Below, one piece after another: positions 49,656-63,665 of a stretch of 64,000 bases of DNA. The notes under the pieces are model-generated. The model was not told where the DNA came from and ran no database searches. It was given only the letters and a program-made list of their open reading frames with translations. Both the position numbers and the translations under genes were made by a program. The stretch is from Haliotis cracherodii (lineage: Eukaryota). Location: the NCBI RefSeq assembly GCF_022045235.1, contig NW_027266273.1, forward strand, positions 18,166,001 to 18,230,000. The letters run 5' to 3'. The first letter of the stretch is position 1. Each line of letters starts with the position of its first letter.

Positions 49656-52600
49656 TCAAAGTACATAGTCATTCACCTCAACGTCAATCTCACAGAGAGC
49701 ATTTAACCTCCCATTTACGCCATAGGCACCCCATATGCCCAAAACAAACATTTTGCCATAAATCTGATCAGTTGCATTCTGCATTGTGGGATTCCAGTTG
49801 CTGTAGGACCAAAGAGCCTGTCCGTTTGTCCAGCGCCATGCAACATCGATGTTAGCACGTTCCAGACCGATCCATACAGTTCTGTCTGTAGACATAAAAA
49901 CAATCGTGCTGTGAATTTGTGATTTAATGCCCATGTTGTGTTGTACATAGAAAGGAACATGCTTCTGAAATCCATGCTCTGATAACAGGTAACCATTGAA
50001 TGATGTGAATTATGTGAATATTGGTAATTACATTAGTGACTCTCGTGCACCTTGTAGATTAACATGACGTGACATAATGAGTCAAAACATGAGCACGTGT
50101 CACGAGGGTATTGACAACCATTCTCTGTGAAAGAAAAACAACGTGCCTCAGGCTTGTCCCATTGAGTCTCGTCTGTATTCTAAATATCAGCGCACTGAGC
50201 ACTTATGCACAGGGAATGCTGTACTATACACCTGCATATATTATTATCATCATAACTTACAGATTTTTTTTTTTTTAAATGAAGCAAAGAGGGTTTGGGT
50301 GATCCTGGCACAGTCACGCAGGTAAGGCTCATCAACAGCTCAGGGCCCTTGCCCCATCTACACGCAGCCCAGACAGCGAATGGGACTTCTTCCAGCGTTG
50401 TGTTGTCAAACCCACCCAGAACTTTTCGGAGAATGTGAAGACTCCCAAAAGCTGCAGCCTTCTGCATTACCCAGATTGTCAGAAGGGCTGTATTCATGGT
50501 ATCAAACCCGGGTACTCTCCCAATGTCAGTCAACAGATTGGGAGGTACCAAACCTAAGGCACCGAGAACAATGGGGAGTCGGGCAACGTGGTACTTGAGA
50601 TGCAAGCGTGACATTTTAAAAGCGGGGTCCGCATATTTGCCATGTTTTTCCTCAATCTTGTCAATCACATTAGTGTCAAAGGGGACAGAAAATTCAATGA
50701 TATAAATAATTTCATAATTCCATTGGATTTATCAAATAGAACAAGAGCAGGTTCTTGGCATGGATACGTCTGATGCTGTAAATGGACCTATTCCAAAGAA
50801 TTTTGTATTGATCATTTTCCATGACGCACTCTACATATTCCGGGTCGTACCATGGGTGGACCTCTTTGTCAAAACCACAAGCATGGCGAAGACGGTAATA
50901 AAGTGATCGAGCCACACCATCATGTCGTATAATATACTGATTGTGCCAAAGCTGGGCATCCACTGACAATGTGTTGGACAGTCTCATTAAAATCATTACT
51001 TAATCTTACTAGGAAGTGACTGGTCCTGAAAAGCAAACAGAAAGCCGTCTGTTTCACTTTTCAGGCCAGATGACTTCATCTAAGCAAAGGACTCTGCAGG
51101 ATTGCTGATCTTCGCAACACACTGCACATAAACTCGATGCAGTGGTCGTGATAGCCTCTCCTTTAAAAAAATGAGTCTGGGCCGACTTGATATGGCACTT
51201 CGCTTAGTGGACAATCATTTCTGTACCGTCCAGCAGAACAGAACCATCAACAAAATCAACACCGATATTGAGATCAGGTAATATTAAGAGTTGCACTTAC
51301 CGGTTGCAACAATGGAAGCTTGTTTGTTGTCCTCCTCAGATCTTATGAAGGCGAGATGTCCTGAGTTCTCCATACACAGTATCTTGGCGTCTGGAAAACG
51401 CATGCTTGAAGATGTATGTCCTCTGAGACACTGGTTTGTGAAACGACTGTAGATGTAGGTGGCGGAACAAGCACCTGGAAGAAGACAGTTGGCACTGGCT
51501 CACTGTATATCGAAGAACCCCCAAATGTTTTGGACGCACTTTCTTTATGCGTATGAATCAGAATTTCTGCTAAGATTGGCAAAGTAAAAAGAAGGTAATT
51601 TGGCCAAGACGTTTTACGTAAGCTTCAGGTATATCAATGATCTGATATCGTTCAATAACCACCAAATAGCCAATTTTCTTCCACTGATTTACCCACCTGC
51701 ACTAGACATAAAAGAGACCAGTGAGACTGCCTCATCTGTTTCATATTTAGATCTATTCATAAAGATTCAGAGTGACAAGATGACGTCAACTTTCCAACAG
51801 CCAATTTTCCCTTCATATCCAGCAATATTCCAGCAGCTCCAACCTTTGGTGTTTACACAACTTTTGAGATACAATCGAGTATGCTCTTTCTTCCAAGATT
51901 TCAAGGGGCGTCATAAGACTCATGCTCAGAAGTTATTTGATCAAGGTTTCAACATTCAACGCCTCAGTGAAACTTTCATAAAGTTTTGTGGTAGACATGT
52001 GGAGGACATTTACAAATTTGACGCATCAGTGACAAAAATGATGTCCGATGTAATTCCACATTTTGACTTGTACCATATGTCCCCTGTTTTTTTGTAAAAA
52101 AAATTCGGGTGAACAATTGACTTGCCTTTGCATGCGTTTTTGATGGGCGCAACCGGTGGGACAGGATGTGCTCACCTTTTCACGAACAGCTGGTATCATC
52201 ACTATATGATAGTGATTCATGAACAAATGCTCATTATTTATTCGGAATCGAACAATGCTTTTAGGATGTCTATTGAATATGGGAAGGGTTTTGTTGCTTT
52301 TATTTTCATAAGTTTAGCTAAGCGACAATTCATTTAAAGAAAGCACATGACAAATAGTAGTTTAGACGCCGACACAATGAATGGTATGTTAAATATTTTT
52401 GAATGCCTGGAAAGGGCCAATACGATATAGGTTGAGAAGCCCGGGCGCGTTTACAAGTCCAGTCATTCAATAAGGATTTATATGCCATTTACGTATGCCC
52501 CAGATGCCCTCAACGATGAAAACCATTTCCTGGGACATACATTTTAAATTCGTGCAGTATTCGGTGCATTCTAAAACTTGTTTTAGTTTGGGCTGGCTTT

Positions 52601-53986
52601 ATACCTCGTTTACATGCACAACATTCACTCATGTAAGTCGTTCTGCACCTGTGTAACTATACATTTGAGGGTATATGTAAATTTACTATGCGTTCACATG
52701 AAAATTAACTACGAATTAATATTAGAGTGTGTAAATAAAGTATGTAAAAAGTGTTGGGATTTCATGTTCACCAGCTTGTTCACGACGTTCAACATAAAAA
52801 GGTTGTTTTCCAATCAACGTTGAATGGGGAGAAACTGACCTTACAGCAATCTTTGCATGAAGCAACATTTTTTTACTCCTTCAAACCCAAACAGTCCGCC
52901 CAAATCTGGATGTCTACATAAAGGTTGATTCTGCTATATACTGAATAGCGCCAACTTCAGAATACAGAACGCCAAGGCTCGCTAAATACAATGTTTATTC
53001 CTGGATCACAAGAATCTGTCTACACAATAATAACGTTGATGTTCTCCCCTGGCCCTCCAGATCCCCGGATTTGGACCCGATAGAGTGAGTGAGTGAGTTG
53101 GGTTTAACGCCGCTTTTAACAGTATTCCAGTTATATCGCGGCGTGTCAGCTTAATGTGGTAGGAAAGCCCGAAGTGATGCAGGTCTCAGACGTTTACCAC
53201 TTCGGTGAAACCCACGAGCACGGGTATGGTGCTGACAAACCTAGAAACATAATTGTGGCGAACCGGGATTCGAACCCACAATCATAGGTTTCTGGCGTGC
53301 CCAAGGGACGCAACTCTGCACAGCGAATCGCGGCGCCCTAGACGACTGGGCCACCCGTGCCCCGGACCCGATAGAACACCTGTGTGATGAATTGGATAAA
53401 CGGCTACGCCGACGTCAACCACAACCCCAGATATTGCAGCATTTGCCTTTTGCGTTGCAGGCCGAGTGTTCTACCATTCACCAGGATGTGATTCGCATGT
53501 TCGTCTCTTCCATGAGCAGTGGATGTCAGGCCGCTATCGATTTCAAAGGGGGATATACGCGTTATTGATGGTAGCTAACCTTAACCATGGCCATTTCCTA
53601 TGTACCGATAATTGAGAAGACTACAATCACCAACTGTTCTCTCCAAAACATTTTGTGTCAATATCTCGTACGGTTCCTCGTATTAATGTATTTTCCTACC
53701 TCACACAAATCTGGTTTTGCGTNNNNNNNNNNNNNNNNNNNNNNNNNNNNNNNNNNNNNNNNNNNNNNNNNNNNNNNNNNNNNNNNNNNNNNNNNNNNNN
53801 NNNNNNNNNNNNNNNNNNNNNNNNNNNNNNNNNNNNNNNNNNNNNNNNNNNNNNNNNNNNNNNNNNNNNNNNNNNNNNNNNNNNNNNNNNNNNNNNNNNN
53901 NNNNNNNNNNNNNNNNNNNNNNNNNNNNNNNNNNNAACGCAAAGACAGATAATACTATTAATTAATTTTATTAGCCGCCCATGCAT
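49656..53986 (-). CDS. PAN-CTLD protein, copy 6 (exon 1 mostly hidden by the assembly gap)
   Basis: Exon 3 (49656-49885) and exon 2 (51301-51474) are intact. The sequence right of the gap is homologous to the upstream region of copies 1-5 and opens MHGRLIKLINSIICLCV at 53986, running into the Ns. The exon 1 assignment is inferred. Confidence 0.7.
50255..51272 (-). mobile_element. R4/Dong-like remnant, copy 6 intron 2 (more diverged, same insertion)
   Basis: ORF 50180-50668 reads IDKIEEKHGKYADPAF...LPIVLGALGLVP...MQKAAAFGSLHILRKVL; same junctions as copies 2-5. Confidence 0.8.
51530..52250 (+). mobile_element. Penelope-like retroelement RT C-terminal remnant in copy 6 intron 1
   Basis: FRYINDLISFNN...IYPPALDIKET...SYLDL...QLLRYNRVCS...KLFDQGF (degenerate YIDD motif; frameshifts). 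Confidence 0.72.
52971..53722 (+). mobile_element. Tc1-like transposase 3' remnant interrupted by SINE C and by the gap
   Basis: VLPWPSRSPDLDPIE, then the SINE, then HLCDELDKRLRRR...GGYTRY*. Confidence 0.85.
53085..53363 (-). mobile_element. SINE family C with a 12-bp TSD
   Basis: TSD ggacccgataga at 53073-53084 and 53364-53375. Confidence 0.92.
53723..53935. other. Assembly gap (213 N)
   Basis: Seen directly. Confidence 1.
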
Positions 53987-54016
53987 TTTTGAAATCCCCC
54001 GTTTTTCTGTGTTTTG

Positions 54017-54025
54017 TTATATATA
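54017..54025 (-). promoter_or_regulatory. Candidate TATA box of lectin copy 6
   Basis: TATATATAA about 30-40 nt upstream of the ATG at 53986; absent from the equivalent segment of copies 1-5. Confidence 0.3.
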
Positions 54026-55559
54026 GTCTATATCGATATTGACAGCCAATTAGTTTAACTAGATAAATGTCTGCGACCATGTTTTCACTGAGCGTTCATT
54101 TGACTTTATTTCCGACAAACAACGTTTGCAAAGATTTGGGAAATGTAAAATTAGTCAAAGTGAAACAGATGATGTATCAATTGATCAAGATCTCCGTGTA
54201 TTTTATTATTGCTCCACATTATCCAGGCAACATGACACCCTTCATGTTTTCACATTTTTAATGGCAACAAACCATCTCTATTTCCATCAGTAGATAAAGA
54301 GCTTTCATGTTTTGGGTACAATAAACGTTTCACCAAGATTCAACATTGCAGTGTTGCCATATGATATTCATATAGCGCTTCGAATGGGGTTTATGCTAGA
54401 TTAATGATTATTCTCTGCCGTTAATGTTTTACAGTTACATTATCCATAAATCACTGCTTAAGTATGTTGTATTCTGCGCGAACCGATAACGTTAGTACAC
54501 ATTTCTTTATTTCTTTAACGACTCAATTCAACTTGGGCGTAGAAGCTAAATAGAGACCACAATGAGCACTTCATTTGTTTAAACTTGAAGACCTAAATCG
54601 CCATCCATAGCATTATATTATTTTGACATTTATGTCCGGAACGACAGGCACAGGTGGTCTATATGTTTTGATTAGCAAAATATGCTGTGATGTTAATGCG
54701 AATGAATGTTTCAATTTATAATAATTTGAAGATAATGAAAATGTGACTTTCATTACAAAAGTGAGTGAGTGCGTGAATAAAAACTTAAAGTCACATCGGC
54801 AGTATTTAAGCCATAACAAACTGAGCTATCACAGTTATACATTGAAAACTAGCTTCGAAACTTAAACAAAATATCACTATCCATAACTATAATTTATAAA
54901 AACGTACTGTAGATCATCAGGGACCATGGGACCTACAATGCCTCTGCTACAGGATGATTTACACCATTCCTCAAGATGCCATCGATTGTTGCTAGAATAT
55001 TGCTTAAAGCGGCGTAAAATCATACTTACTCCCTATTCTATCTTGAAATCTTAGAGATATCGATGTTATTCATTTCAAGTATCGATCTTCAGCATATGTT
55101 TGTCTCTCCGATCAATGTTCTTGGTTGAACATTCATCAATCTTTCACGTTTTATTCCTAGCTTATTCCTGGTTCTGAAAACTCAGTTGAGAGATTGTTTC
55201 CTTTTGTAGGACAAAAGTTCTGTGCAATCCGCCATAGTACCGGGTGGCAGATTGTTTGTGGTGGAGACTTGGCCAACTTGACAGTTGACAACATGTCTCC
55301 GGCATAAAATTACAAGACTTTATATTTGAATACAAGAAATTGATGGCCTTTAGACCTTTACCCGCTAACGCATCTTGGCATATAGAGAAGTACAAAAATC
55401 ATTTACCACTTCTAACTTATTACTACTTACACACTACGTTTCCCATTACGCAAGAGACATCTTTTACAAGAAACCATTACTATTTGCTTATAATCCCACA
55501 TGTAGTGTATGTAGGGTTTCCATAGAAGTACTCGTGTAAACTGCAGTCTCCCTCATCAG

Positions 55560-56760
55560 CACCCCAACCTCTTCATATTTGTGGTACTGGTACAAGGGAT
55601 TGAGAAGTTAGAGGGAGCAAGACTGACAGTGCTGTTCCCCCACCCACGAAGAAGGTATACATAAAGTCTGAGGGAGACTGATGCGTCTGAAGGAGAAGTT
55701 GTGACATTCGGCTGAAGACTTCTTGAATTTTTGGATGCAATTTCACATATTGATAAAACTGGGTTGAGCAATAATACGTATTTTGGTTCTGTCATTTGGG
55801 TAGGAATGTAAAAACAGGTATACAGGTAAAAATTACGAGTGCACTCAACCTTACCTAATCCCGATATTAGCCGTCTGACAATAATGAGGTTACCGTTCAA
55901 GTGGGTGAATTATTGTATTTTATCTAGTTCTAATAATCAAAAAATATTTGATATCATAATTCCTAAACAGTGAAGTGAGCGATAAAAATAGAAGCGACAA
56001 TTTTTTTAACGATTCCGACTATACCGTGAGCATGTGCTTGTTGGACATTTCCAAATTTAACGCATCACTGACAAAAATTATGTTCGATGCAATTCCGGAT
56101 TCTCGTCTCAGCCTGTGTTTCGCGGTTACGTGGTAGTTCTAGTTGATCTAATATAGCCTCATGTTCAAATTCTGGTGCCATTTCTTCAATTCCCATATTC
56201 ATATCCTCTAACAAAACAGCAGTACTCACAAGATTACTTGTGCCAGCATTAAAATCATCCACCAGGATTACATTTTCTGTGTCTGATAGTGATAGCACTG
56301 ATACTTCTATGTTGGTAAACATATCATTGTGAGCATATCTAGAGCCTACTGTGGGAGATAAACGATACCTAACATGATATCCTCAACGACACGAAACACG
56401 ATCTTTTGATAGCTGAAACCACATCATTCAGACGTTTGGGAGGTTTGTGAGATTAATGTATGAAGTGGACTTATCCTTCACTGTCAAACCAACTCCACCT
56501 GAACGTCTACTCGCTCCTATTTTGGATAAACAATTTATGACCATTAATTTCGAAAACGTCAAATTTGTCCGTTTTCGTTTCCTGGAATCCTATGATGTTA
56601 TGAATTTTAAGTAGTACGCCTTCTAAGTCTACATACATTTATACTTAATCAGCTCAGTGGGTTACTCTTACAGTCTTCCTTTGTACTTGGATGATGAATG
56701 TTTCTATTTTCATCCGGGTATCAAAAAGGTAGATACATGATACAGTATCATAGTTACCTT
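55560..56760 (-). mobile_element. Decayed LINE (CR1/L2-like) APE endonuclease region
   Basis: Broken motifs RRSGGVGL, VILVDDFNA (GDFNA-like) and an LNG-like segment; many stops and frameshifts; ends approximate. Confidence 0.55.
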
Positions 56761-57088
56761 TCATAATATCTACAGTATTTCCTTGTAAAGTGTCATTATT
56801 ACGAGATGGATCTGCAGGGGAGGCAGAAGTAAAACTAGTTGAAATTACACTCTCTGGAAATGTAGTTTACTCACAGGTATATTATCTACGGGTGGCCTTC
56901 ATTTTCCATAAGCATACACGATACCATATTTACCTGAATGTCAGTCAACGTCACGATGATTCTCAATTGCGGGAAATGTCCTTCAGGGTAGGTCATTGAC
57001 TTTATCGAGACAAAACTGCAACTGCCTGGTGAGTTTTCTATGACTTGCCTATTTTACTCAACAACGTTACGGACGCTACCTTGTGGGA

Positions 57089-57200
57089 CACTTTGAGCAT
57101 AACTATACCACTTTGAGCATAACTATACCACTTTGAGCATAACTATACCACTTTGAGCATAACTATACCACTTTGAGCATAACTATACCACTTTGAGCAT
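57089..57200. repeat. Minisatellite, 5.6 x 20 bp (cactttgagcataactatac)
   Basis: Perfect tandem copies seen directly. Confidence 0.95.
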
Positions 57201-59219
57201 GAATAAACCACTAAGTGGAACCAAAATGCATCTCCAAACATGGTACAGATTGTAATTTAAACACAACATTAAGCAAATTTCCCCTCCATCACACCTCGTG
57301 AAGATGCTATGTTTCCAGGTATTATCATACTCTTTAAGTATTCGAAATGAATATGAAACTGAATGTAATGCAATCCAATTTACTAAAATGGCTAACATTA
57401 CTTCTATCGTGTTCTCAAAGCGTACATTGAATATTTGTTGTATTGTTACTTGTTTGAGAGTTCTATGTTAATTTGTTGTACTGAAATTCACAAAGGTACA
57501 ATCATTAACAAATATATTGAGTGTTTCTGAACATGAATCAGGTAAATCTTCAAGGACGTGATAATTAATATATTTACCTATCGTACCACTGTCGTGCACA
57601 CAACCTGGAGCAGCATGTATTTCCTGAATGGTATGAATTCAATATAAACAATAATCTTCTTTTGCCTACTTTTAATCTAATTTCTGAACATTCACGACTT
57701 TGGTGTTGAATGTGACCTCCACTGGCAAAAATCACACTTTGATAACGGAGCGGAAAGCTTACAAACTCATTCGGAAACAAATTCCCTTTGTAATGATTGA
57801 TTTATTTGTTCACCTCTTATATCGAATAATTCCCTTTTCAAGGGAAACTCAGACTAAAACTTATTCTAGTTCTTCCCTAAAGTGTGGCAAAGTTGAAATG
57901 GTGACAACGTTGAGGCTGCGACGTTCCCAGTTAAGCTACCGGTCTAGTTGCCACTTTAGCTGTTGAGTGTCTTCTAAACGTCATTTAAACAGCAAACTGC
58001 CGCTACAGCTCACATAAGCTTTTTGTGGAAAGTTACTTTACATCAGGAAGGCCTTGCACTTGAAAGGAAGAATAAGCAAAAGAAATCAGAGGGTTACATA
58101 ACGACTTATATAACTAGTTATGAAGAGAGCCACAATTGCGTGTTCGGTGTGACTACCTCGATACGACTGGCCGTCACAGCAGTGTTTAACGTGTGTACGC
58201 GCGCTTGCGTGCCTGCCTGTCTGCTCGCTTTTGTGTGTGAGGTGGACCTTTTGGACCTTTTGGCTACTCTTTCACAACTTCGGTCAAGAGGTCTCGAATT
58301 TACACTGAATTTATACGGTATGCCGAGAATGTTTCAGGGAGAAACACCCTAGTCGAGTCACTTCCACGGCCCTGATTTGATTCCCCACGTTGGCACAAAG
58401 TGAGTAGCCTTATTTTGGGTCCCCCCGAGATACTGCGGAAATAGTTCAAAAAGTGGAATTTACCCTATCTCACTCACAAGCAAAGTTGTTACTGTGTAGA
58501 AGTACCACATTCTACCCTTCCGTAACCAATGTTCTCTGTGAACTAGATGTCAGGCGCTCCCCATATGTGTTAGTTGTTGTATATAAGTTACAGTAACATG
58601 AGTTACGGTGTGAACATTTTGGTAAAATAAAGGTTCGACAAACAGTTCTATCCCATTATCATGAAACGTACATCACTTTCGTACTTTGAAGGCTGTTGGG
58701 TTCTATACATTGCTACGGAAACATCGGGTTAGGTACGCTGTGGTGTGTTCTGTGAGAAATATATTTATCAATATTTATGCTTTCAACCAACATACAAACC
58801 GTATTTAGATGTGTACAGAATTAACCCTCGTAAAACTGAATATTCTCCCTGGCCCCTTACTTGCTCTAGTGTGTTATAGAATTAAGCATATCTGTTATGA
58901 GCATTAGATCTAGAGATTAATGTTTCCATCAAAACATAACTGGAATACTAGTAGTTGTTTATCATTGTTAACTTTATTATGTTTGGGAACTTTCAGGTAA
59001 CCTCTGAGCAGTGTTAACAAACTGAGTGATTGTGATCCCTGGGGTCGTCCGGCCAGTGCAGATGGAAAGTTCGAGACTTGTGATCATGCCTCCTGTACTA
59101 TATGTGTACTCCTGTACACTGCTTCTTTGTTTGTAGATACAGAATTGTAACGTTCCATCTTCAGTCATGGTAAGTAGTTCATACATTATAATCAATGAAT
59201 ACATGAACATCTATTCATC

Positions 59220-61126
59220 TTAACACCAAAGATCATAGTCATTCACCTCAATGTCAATCTCACAGAGAGCATTTAACTTCTTGTGTACGCCATAGGCACC
59301 CCATTTGCCAGAAACAAACATCCTGCCATAAACCTGTTCAGTTGCATTCTGCATTGCGGGATACCAGTTGGTGTGGGATCCAAGAGTCTGTCCGTTTGTC
59401 CAGCGCCAAGCAACATCGATGTTAGCACGTTCGAGGCCGATCCATACAGTCCTGTCTGTAGGTAGGAAAACAGTCGTTCTGTTTATTTGTGATATCATAC
59501 CCGTACTTGATTGTACATAGGAAGGAACATGCTTATGAAATCCAGGTGATGAGAACAAGTAACAATTGGATAATCAAAACGACTTTCTACCCATAGCTTG
59601 TCCATATGTGTAACACCTAAACATGTTCTTATACGATGTGACTTATGACTATACTTGCTGCAAAATGTAATTGTGCTTCATATAAAGTGGTGTAAATGTT
59701 ATTTTATTGAAAATAACAAGATAACATGGCAGTACAGCAATGTTATGTTACAAAGCGTGCAACACGTGGGTGGACATTATCATGCTGCAGCAAGACGGTC
59801 AAGCCCTGCATTTTCACAAAGGGAAGAACATGATCACGAACGATGTCGTTCCTGTAGGGTGCGCGATTCAAATTGCCACCAACACTGGTGAGTTGTGTTC
59901 TCACATGAGTTGTGATTACACCTAATACCACTACACTTTCAACCAGAACTGACGACGTTGAGTAAAGCAAGCGTTGCTATAACGTTCACCATGCACGACC
60001 ATCTTCGCTCCTGAAACTTCTGATGATATCTGCACCAAGCTCGGGCTGCTGACGTGGAAGCAAAATTGGGTGTATCTTTGGACGTCGGGGCTGCATGTGC
60101 TCCCTCAACCGGTTGCGTACAGTTCAGACACTGATTGGTCTCAAGCCAGGAATTGTCCGAGCTGTTAATGTGTCAGTTTGGTATCAATTCCGTAGTTGCA
60201 ACAACCGCATATGGTTGCCTTTTTCACGTGACTTTTCACGTGGACGACAAGCCCATGGCAAGTAGTCATGCCCTGCTGTAGATGACGTCACCAAAGAGAC
60301 GATATTGTGTTTCAATAAACATTACATTGTCAGGCAACTTCTTGTTGTGCCATTCCTGTTTGCAGCATACCAACGTCGCATAGACGTTGATTTTCAGCAT
60401 GGCATGGCATTGTGTAAGCGTCATTTACAGTTAAACAAAAGTGTATTATGATCATCTGACATCTAAACAATCATCATTGTGTGTGTATAATGCTCCAAAC
60501 ATACACACAAACATCCAAATTGTGCGTCCTGCATGAACATGCACCTGCATATTGTGAATTTCGACCTTAAACGTCGAGGAGATGTCTTCATGAATATGAA
60601 TTGAAATTTGCATTACTTAATTTCGGAATACATGTATTTTTCAGGGTACTTTATATGAAGCACAGTTACTCTTTCCTTAAGTATATATTTTAGCCATTCC
60701 CTCTTTAAATACGGACACTAAGTAGTGCTACACTTGTGATAACTCCTCTGTTTGCCAAAATTGTAATTTTTGACATTGTTTCTGTGAAGGGGCAGGGATA
60801 GAGGGGTGGATGGATAGTAGTGGATAGCATGAGGAAGAGAGAGAGATGGAAGAAAGGGATGGAGATGGGGTGAGTGACAGAGAAAGCGATGCCGAAGATT
60901 GAACCACGTATGTATATCACATATATCAGGTGGTATTAAGAGTTCCACTTACCATTTGCAACAATGGAAGCTTGTTTGTTGTCCTCCTTAGATCTTATAA
61001 AGGCGAGATGTCCTGAGTTCTCCATACACAGTATCTTGGCGTCTGGAAAACTCATGCTTGAAGATGTATGCTCCCTGAGACACTGATTTGTGAAACGAGT
61101 GTAGATGTATGTGGCAGGACAAGCAC
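59220..61126 (-). CDS. PAN-CTLD family copy 7, CTLD exons only (exon 1 not in window)
   Basis: Exon 3 (59220-59455, DRTVWIGLER...NDYDLWC*) and exon 2 (60953-61126) are open with canonical splice sites. Confidence 0.8.
59740..60686 (-). mobile_element. Decayed Tc1-like DNA transposon in copy 7 intron 2
   Basis: N-terminal HTH-like GMLQTGMAQQEVA, then TVRNRLRE, then the DDE region GNLNRAPYRNDIVRDHVLPF...QHDNVHPRVAR. Confidence 0.78.
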
Positions 61127-62129
61127 CTGGAAGAAGACAGTTGGCACTGGCTGACTGTATATCGGTGAAACCCCATATGCTTTGGGAACACTTATCATTA
61201 GTTTAGCTAAGCGATAATTCATTTAAAGAAAGCACATGAGAAATAATATTTTAGACACATTAGGCACACCATGAAATACGAGAATACTGTGATGAATAGT
61301 ATGTTACATTTATTGAATGGTTGGAGGAGGGCAAAACAGAATACTTACGTTGAGGAGCGGAGACGAGTTAAAAAGCCAATTCAATAAGGATTTATATCGT
61401 GGGTCTGCCATTAACGTGTACGCAAGATGCCCTCAACGATAAAAACCCTTTCCTGGGATATAAGTTTTAACTTTGCGAGATAAAGAAGAATTTGGTACAT
61501 ACTAAGACTTGATTTTATTTTTTACTGAGTAAAACAATCTTATACCTCGTTCACATGCACAATATTTACTCATGTAAGACTATACTTATGTGTAATAATG
61601 TGTCTTCACTCTGCGTTCACTTGAATATTAACTAATGTGTGTAAATAGTTTATATAATAGTGTAAGGCACACATATTCAGCAGTCTGTTTACGACTTTCA
61701 ACATGAAAATGTTGTTTTCCAATAAAAGTCGTGTTGATTGACCTTACATATATCTCTTCATGAAGCAACATGTGTTTGATTTAATCTGTTCACAAATCCT
61801 TTACTCCTTGAAACCCAAACAATGTCCGCCCAACTCTGGATGTCTACATAAAGGTTGATTCGGCTTTATACTGAATAGCGCCAGACTTCAGTAACTTCAG
61901 AATACAGAACTGTCCACAATTTGTTTAGTGTTTAGTGTCAACAGATATAATAATAAGACCATCTTCTGACGTTGGCATAAACGTTCACATTACAATATAT
62001 ACATACATACAGTGCAAATTTACATTTACATTTCCACCTGCTCCAGACATGAATGGCATTCAATGGCAGTATAAAATGTGAGAGCAGTTGAAATGACAAT
62101 AACAAGAATAATAATCACCTCGCAGCCTC

Positions 62130-63665
62130 CGAGATAGCTTTGGCAGGACCCCAGTACGAAAAGGGATCTTCACACGAAAGCTGGTCTTGACTGGATTTCG
62201 AACAGCTTGTTTAGGAAAAAGTCGAATGGATCCTTAAGAGTATGTATTGACCCGAGTCAAACAATAAACAAGTCAGTCGAAGTTTACCCAATACCAACTG
62301 TTGAATAGCTTCTCCAAAAGTTGAATAAAGCACGGTTTTTTTCAAATGTGGATGTTCACAAAGGATTCACCAACATTGTGCTGGACGAACAGTCATCGTT
62401 CTCAACAACCATGCACACACCATTAGGCATATACAGGCGGTTGCGGATGCCTATTGGCATGTCCAACGGGCCTGAATAGTACCAGAGGCGACAACATGAA
62501 ATTTTGGAGGGGTTGGAGGGTGTCATAAACAAGCCAGATGACATTCTTATATACGGATCAGGAGACAAAGAAAAAGAAGCACCGCCGTCATACAGCTGAA
62601 ATATTGCTGAATGCGGCGTTAACCACTAAAAAACAAGATAAAAAGGCTGAAGCCAACACTGTCAAGAATCTTTCGCGGTTCATGCTCAGGTGCCGTGAAG
62701 TCAATTTGAAGCTTAACCCAAAACAGTTTACATTCAAAGTGAAGCAGGTTGTGTGGATGGGACATTCGATAAACAGCAAGGGTATTACCCAACATCCTGA
62801 TAGGGCGAAGGCCATTGCGAGTATGACGACGTGGACAGAATGAAAGGGGTACAACGTTTCTAAGGAATGTGCAACTATCTACCATGATGACCAGTCAGTT
62901 GCATTGACAAGCTCAACACTATCCTAGTCAAGGGTCAACTGGGCTCCCATCAAAAAGGAGTGTCTCGCAATCAAAGCTGCAAGTTCTACCAGTATATTTA
63001 TGGAAAGAATTATCTCAGAATTCACAGTGACCATCAGCCGCTAGAAAATATGTTAAGCAACCAAAAACAAAGTGTCCCGGCTTTTGCAGTGAATGATGCT
63101 TCATCCGCAACCATATAACTTCACTGTTGTCTTATAAGAAAGGAAAATACACATACTTGGCGGATACATTGTCGAGGGCAGTGTTGGGAAATCCACAAGA
63201 TGTTTGAACCAGAGCACATATTCGGGGTTGAAATTCTGCCTGAAGTTAGATCAGAGCTACAAACAACTTTATTGGAATCTCCAGAAATGCTACCGGAAAC
63301 CCGTGAGAAAATTTGCATTGCATCAAGGACGGATCCACTGATGGACTCGTTATGCGATATGTTGTCCAACGAGTGCCCTTGTGACAAGTCACATGTACCG
63401 ACACGTTTTCATCACTACTTTGGTTTTCGGGATGAGCTGTCGCTGTACAACGGTTAGTATAGAAGGGACACAAAGTTGTCATCCCTTGAGGCATACAAAA
63501 GGAGATGTATTGGCCCAGGATTCAAAGAGCCATTGAGGACTTGTGTAGAAGCAGTTCAGTGTGTGCCTCTTTCAACTCGACACTGCCAAAAGAGCAAATG
63601 TTGTCACAAGAAATACCTGATGTGGTGTGGCAGATAGTATCACAAGATCTGTTCAAACATGATGG
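62130..63665 (+). mobile_element. Decayed Ty3/Gypsy LTR-retrotransposon pol (RT, RNase H, integrase start)
   Basis: GSLRVCIDP, YPIPT, DVHKGF, RMPIGMSNGPE, DDILIYG, HSDHQPLE, MYWPRI...C..C, WQIVSQDLF; stops and frameshifts. A family-B tail is inserted at about 62580-62640. Confidence 0.85.

Noticed and set aside
49650-49658. Selenocysteine read-through (TGA-TGT-TAA) in copy 6
   Set aside because: The TGA aligns with a Trp TGG in paralogues, not a Cys, and no SECIS was recognised. A simple nonsense change is more parsimonious.
53587-54026. ORFs spanning the N run
   Set aside because: Artefacts of the gap, except the minus-strand start at 53986, which is treated as a candidate exon 1.
57089-57200. 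CRISPR-like array
   Set aside because: Simple 20-bp tandem repeat with no spacers.
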